Of a stretch of 64,000 nucleotides of DNA, positions 63,561-64,000 are shown in pieces (the stretch's first letter is position 1; each line of letters begins with the position of its first letter). The stretch comes from Thiotrichales bacterium (GTDB lineage: Bacteria; Pseudomonadota; Gammaproteobacteria; Francisellales; CACEW01): contig CANJQG010000007.1 of the NCBI GenBank assembly GCA_947476405.1, forward strand, positions 447 through 64,446. Direction: 5' to 3'. Below the pieces are notes generated by a model. It was not told where the DNA came from and did no database searches. It saw only the letters and a list, made by a program, of their open reading frames with translations. The translations under genes and the position numbers were made by a program.

Positions 63561-64000
63561 ATGCATAAAACAACAGTAGAAAATGGTTTAACAACAGGGG
63601 TTCAGGTAGAAGGCGCTGAGGTTTTGCGGTTGAACATCCTGGATCGTATGGCTTTTCATATCGTTCCAAGTGTCAGTGTGGCGGTAGTTGATGGCGGGAA
63701 GTTAGACTTTGCAGAAACCTATAATTTAGATGCAGGGGATCGTATCGATCCAGAGACACAAATTCAAGCAGGCTCTATCAGTAAGCCCATTGCCGCTGTG
63801 GTAGCATTACAGCTTGTCGAACGTGGTATGTTGAATCTTGATGAAGATGTTAACGATAAGCTCACTTCTTGGAAGGTGCCTGAGAGTGAATTTACCAGTG
63901 GCACTGAAAAAGTAACATTGCGCCGTTTGCTGAGTCATACCGCAGGCACGAATGTTCATGGGTTTATGGGCTATAAATCATCTGAAGCAATCCCCGCATT
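63561..64000 (+). CDS. serine hydrolase / beta-lactamase-family protein (partial, runs off window)
   Basis: My own translation from the ATG at 63561 gives ...QAGSISKPIAAVVALQLVERGMLNLDEDV...LRRLLSHTAGT.., with an SxxK motif and a class-C-like context. It is absent from the ORF track because no stop lies within the window. Confidence 0.8.
   Translation, partial: MHKTTVENGLTTGVQVEGAEVLRLNILDRMAFHIVPSVSVAVVDGGKLDFAETYNLDAGDRIDPETQIQAGSISKPIAAVVALQLVERGMLNLDEDVNDKLTSWKVPESEFTSGTEKVTLRRLLSHTAGTNVHGFMGYKSSEAIPA

Noticed and set aside
1-64000. Searched by eye for rRNA, tRNA, tmRNA, CRISPR arrays, integrase/transposase (other than Rpn), reverse transcriptase and T4SS genes
   Set aside because: None were found. 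Intergenic regions are short, and the longer ones (23992-24168, 26140-26489, 31217-31565, 38938-39173, 39765-39971, 41115-41309, 50026-50242) were read individually. A covariance-model scan (tRNAscan/Infernal) would be needed to exclude small structured RNAs.

Overview
Low-GC gammaproteobacterial chromosome segment. Gene content looks Legionellales-like, but I could not verify taxonomy. Layout: (i) 1-13.2 kb holds a complete, ordinary S10-spc-alpha ribosomal protein cluster, from the rpsJ 3' end to rplQ, including secY, rpmJ and rpoA. (ii) 13.1-26.1 kb holds housekeeping genes (recO, lolB, coq7, pepN, nif3-like, radA, ROK kinase, brnQ). Three accessory genes with in-frame tandem repeats are interspersed: an RRM protein with a GGY tail, an Rpn-family nuclease with (QGIE)10, and a polytopic protein with a silk-like GAGS tract. 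(iii) About 26.5-42.3 kb is the remnant of a mobilizable element with a Ti-plasmid-type DNA-transfer module. It carries a 1925-aa TraA relaxase-helicase-primase, divergent traC/traD-like genes, a MOBQ-like oriT core and a TraF peptidase. Next to these sits an ArdA-containing putative leading region, two regulatory modules (XRE+ImmA; CI-like repressor divergent from an RHH operon) and unknown cargo. No integrase, coupling protein or T4SS is present in the window. (iv) 42.3-48.3 kb is a minus-strand block: thyA, a truncated sensor paralog, a PnuC-like gene, a GNAT-like gene and a hybrid histidine kinase. (v) 48.5-64 kb is an accessory block with two tandem paralogs of unknown function and a dense set of small-molecule-modifying or resistance-like genes (5 GNATs, 2 APH-type kinases, acyltransferase-3, MFS, LysR, beta-lactamase-like). 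No rRNA, tRNA or CRISPR array was found. My best candidate for something undescribed is the putative leading region (27.2-30.1 kb). It has three repeated promoter/leader cassettes driving ArdA plus unknown ORFs. A ProQ/FinO-GIY-YIG fusion gene flanks it. All functional calls rest on motif recognition by eye, with no database searches.
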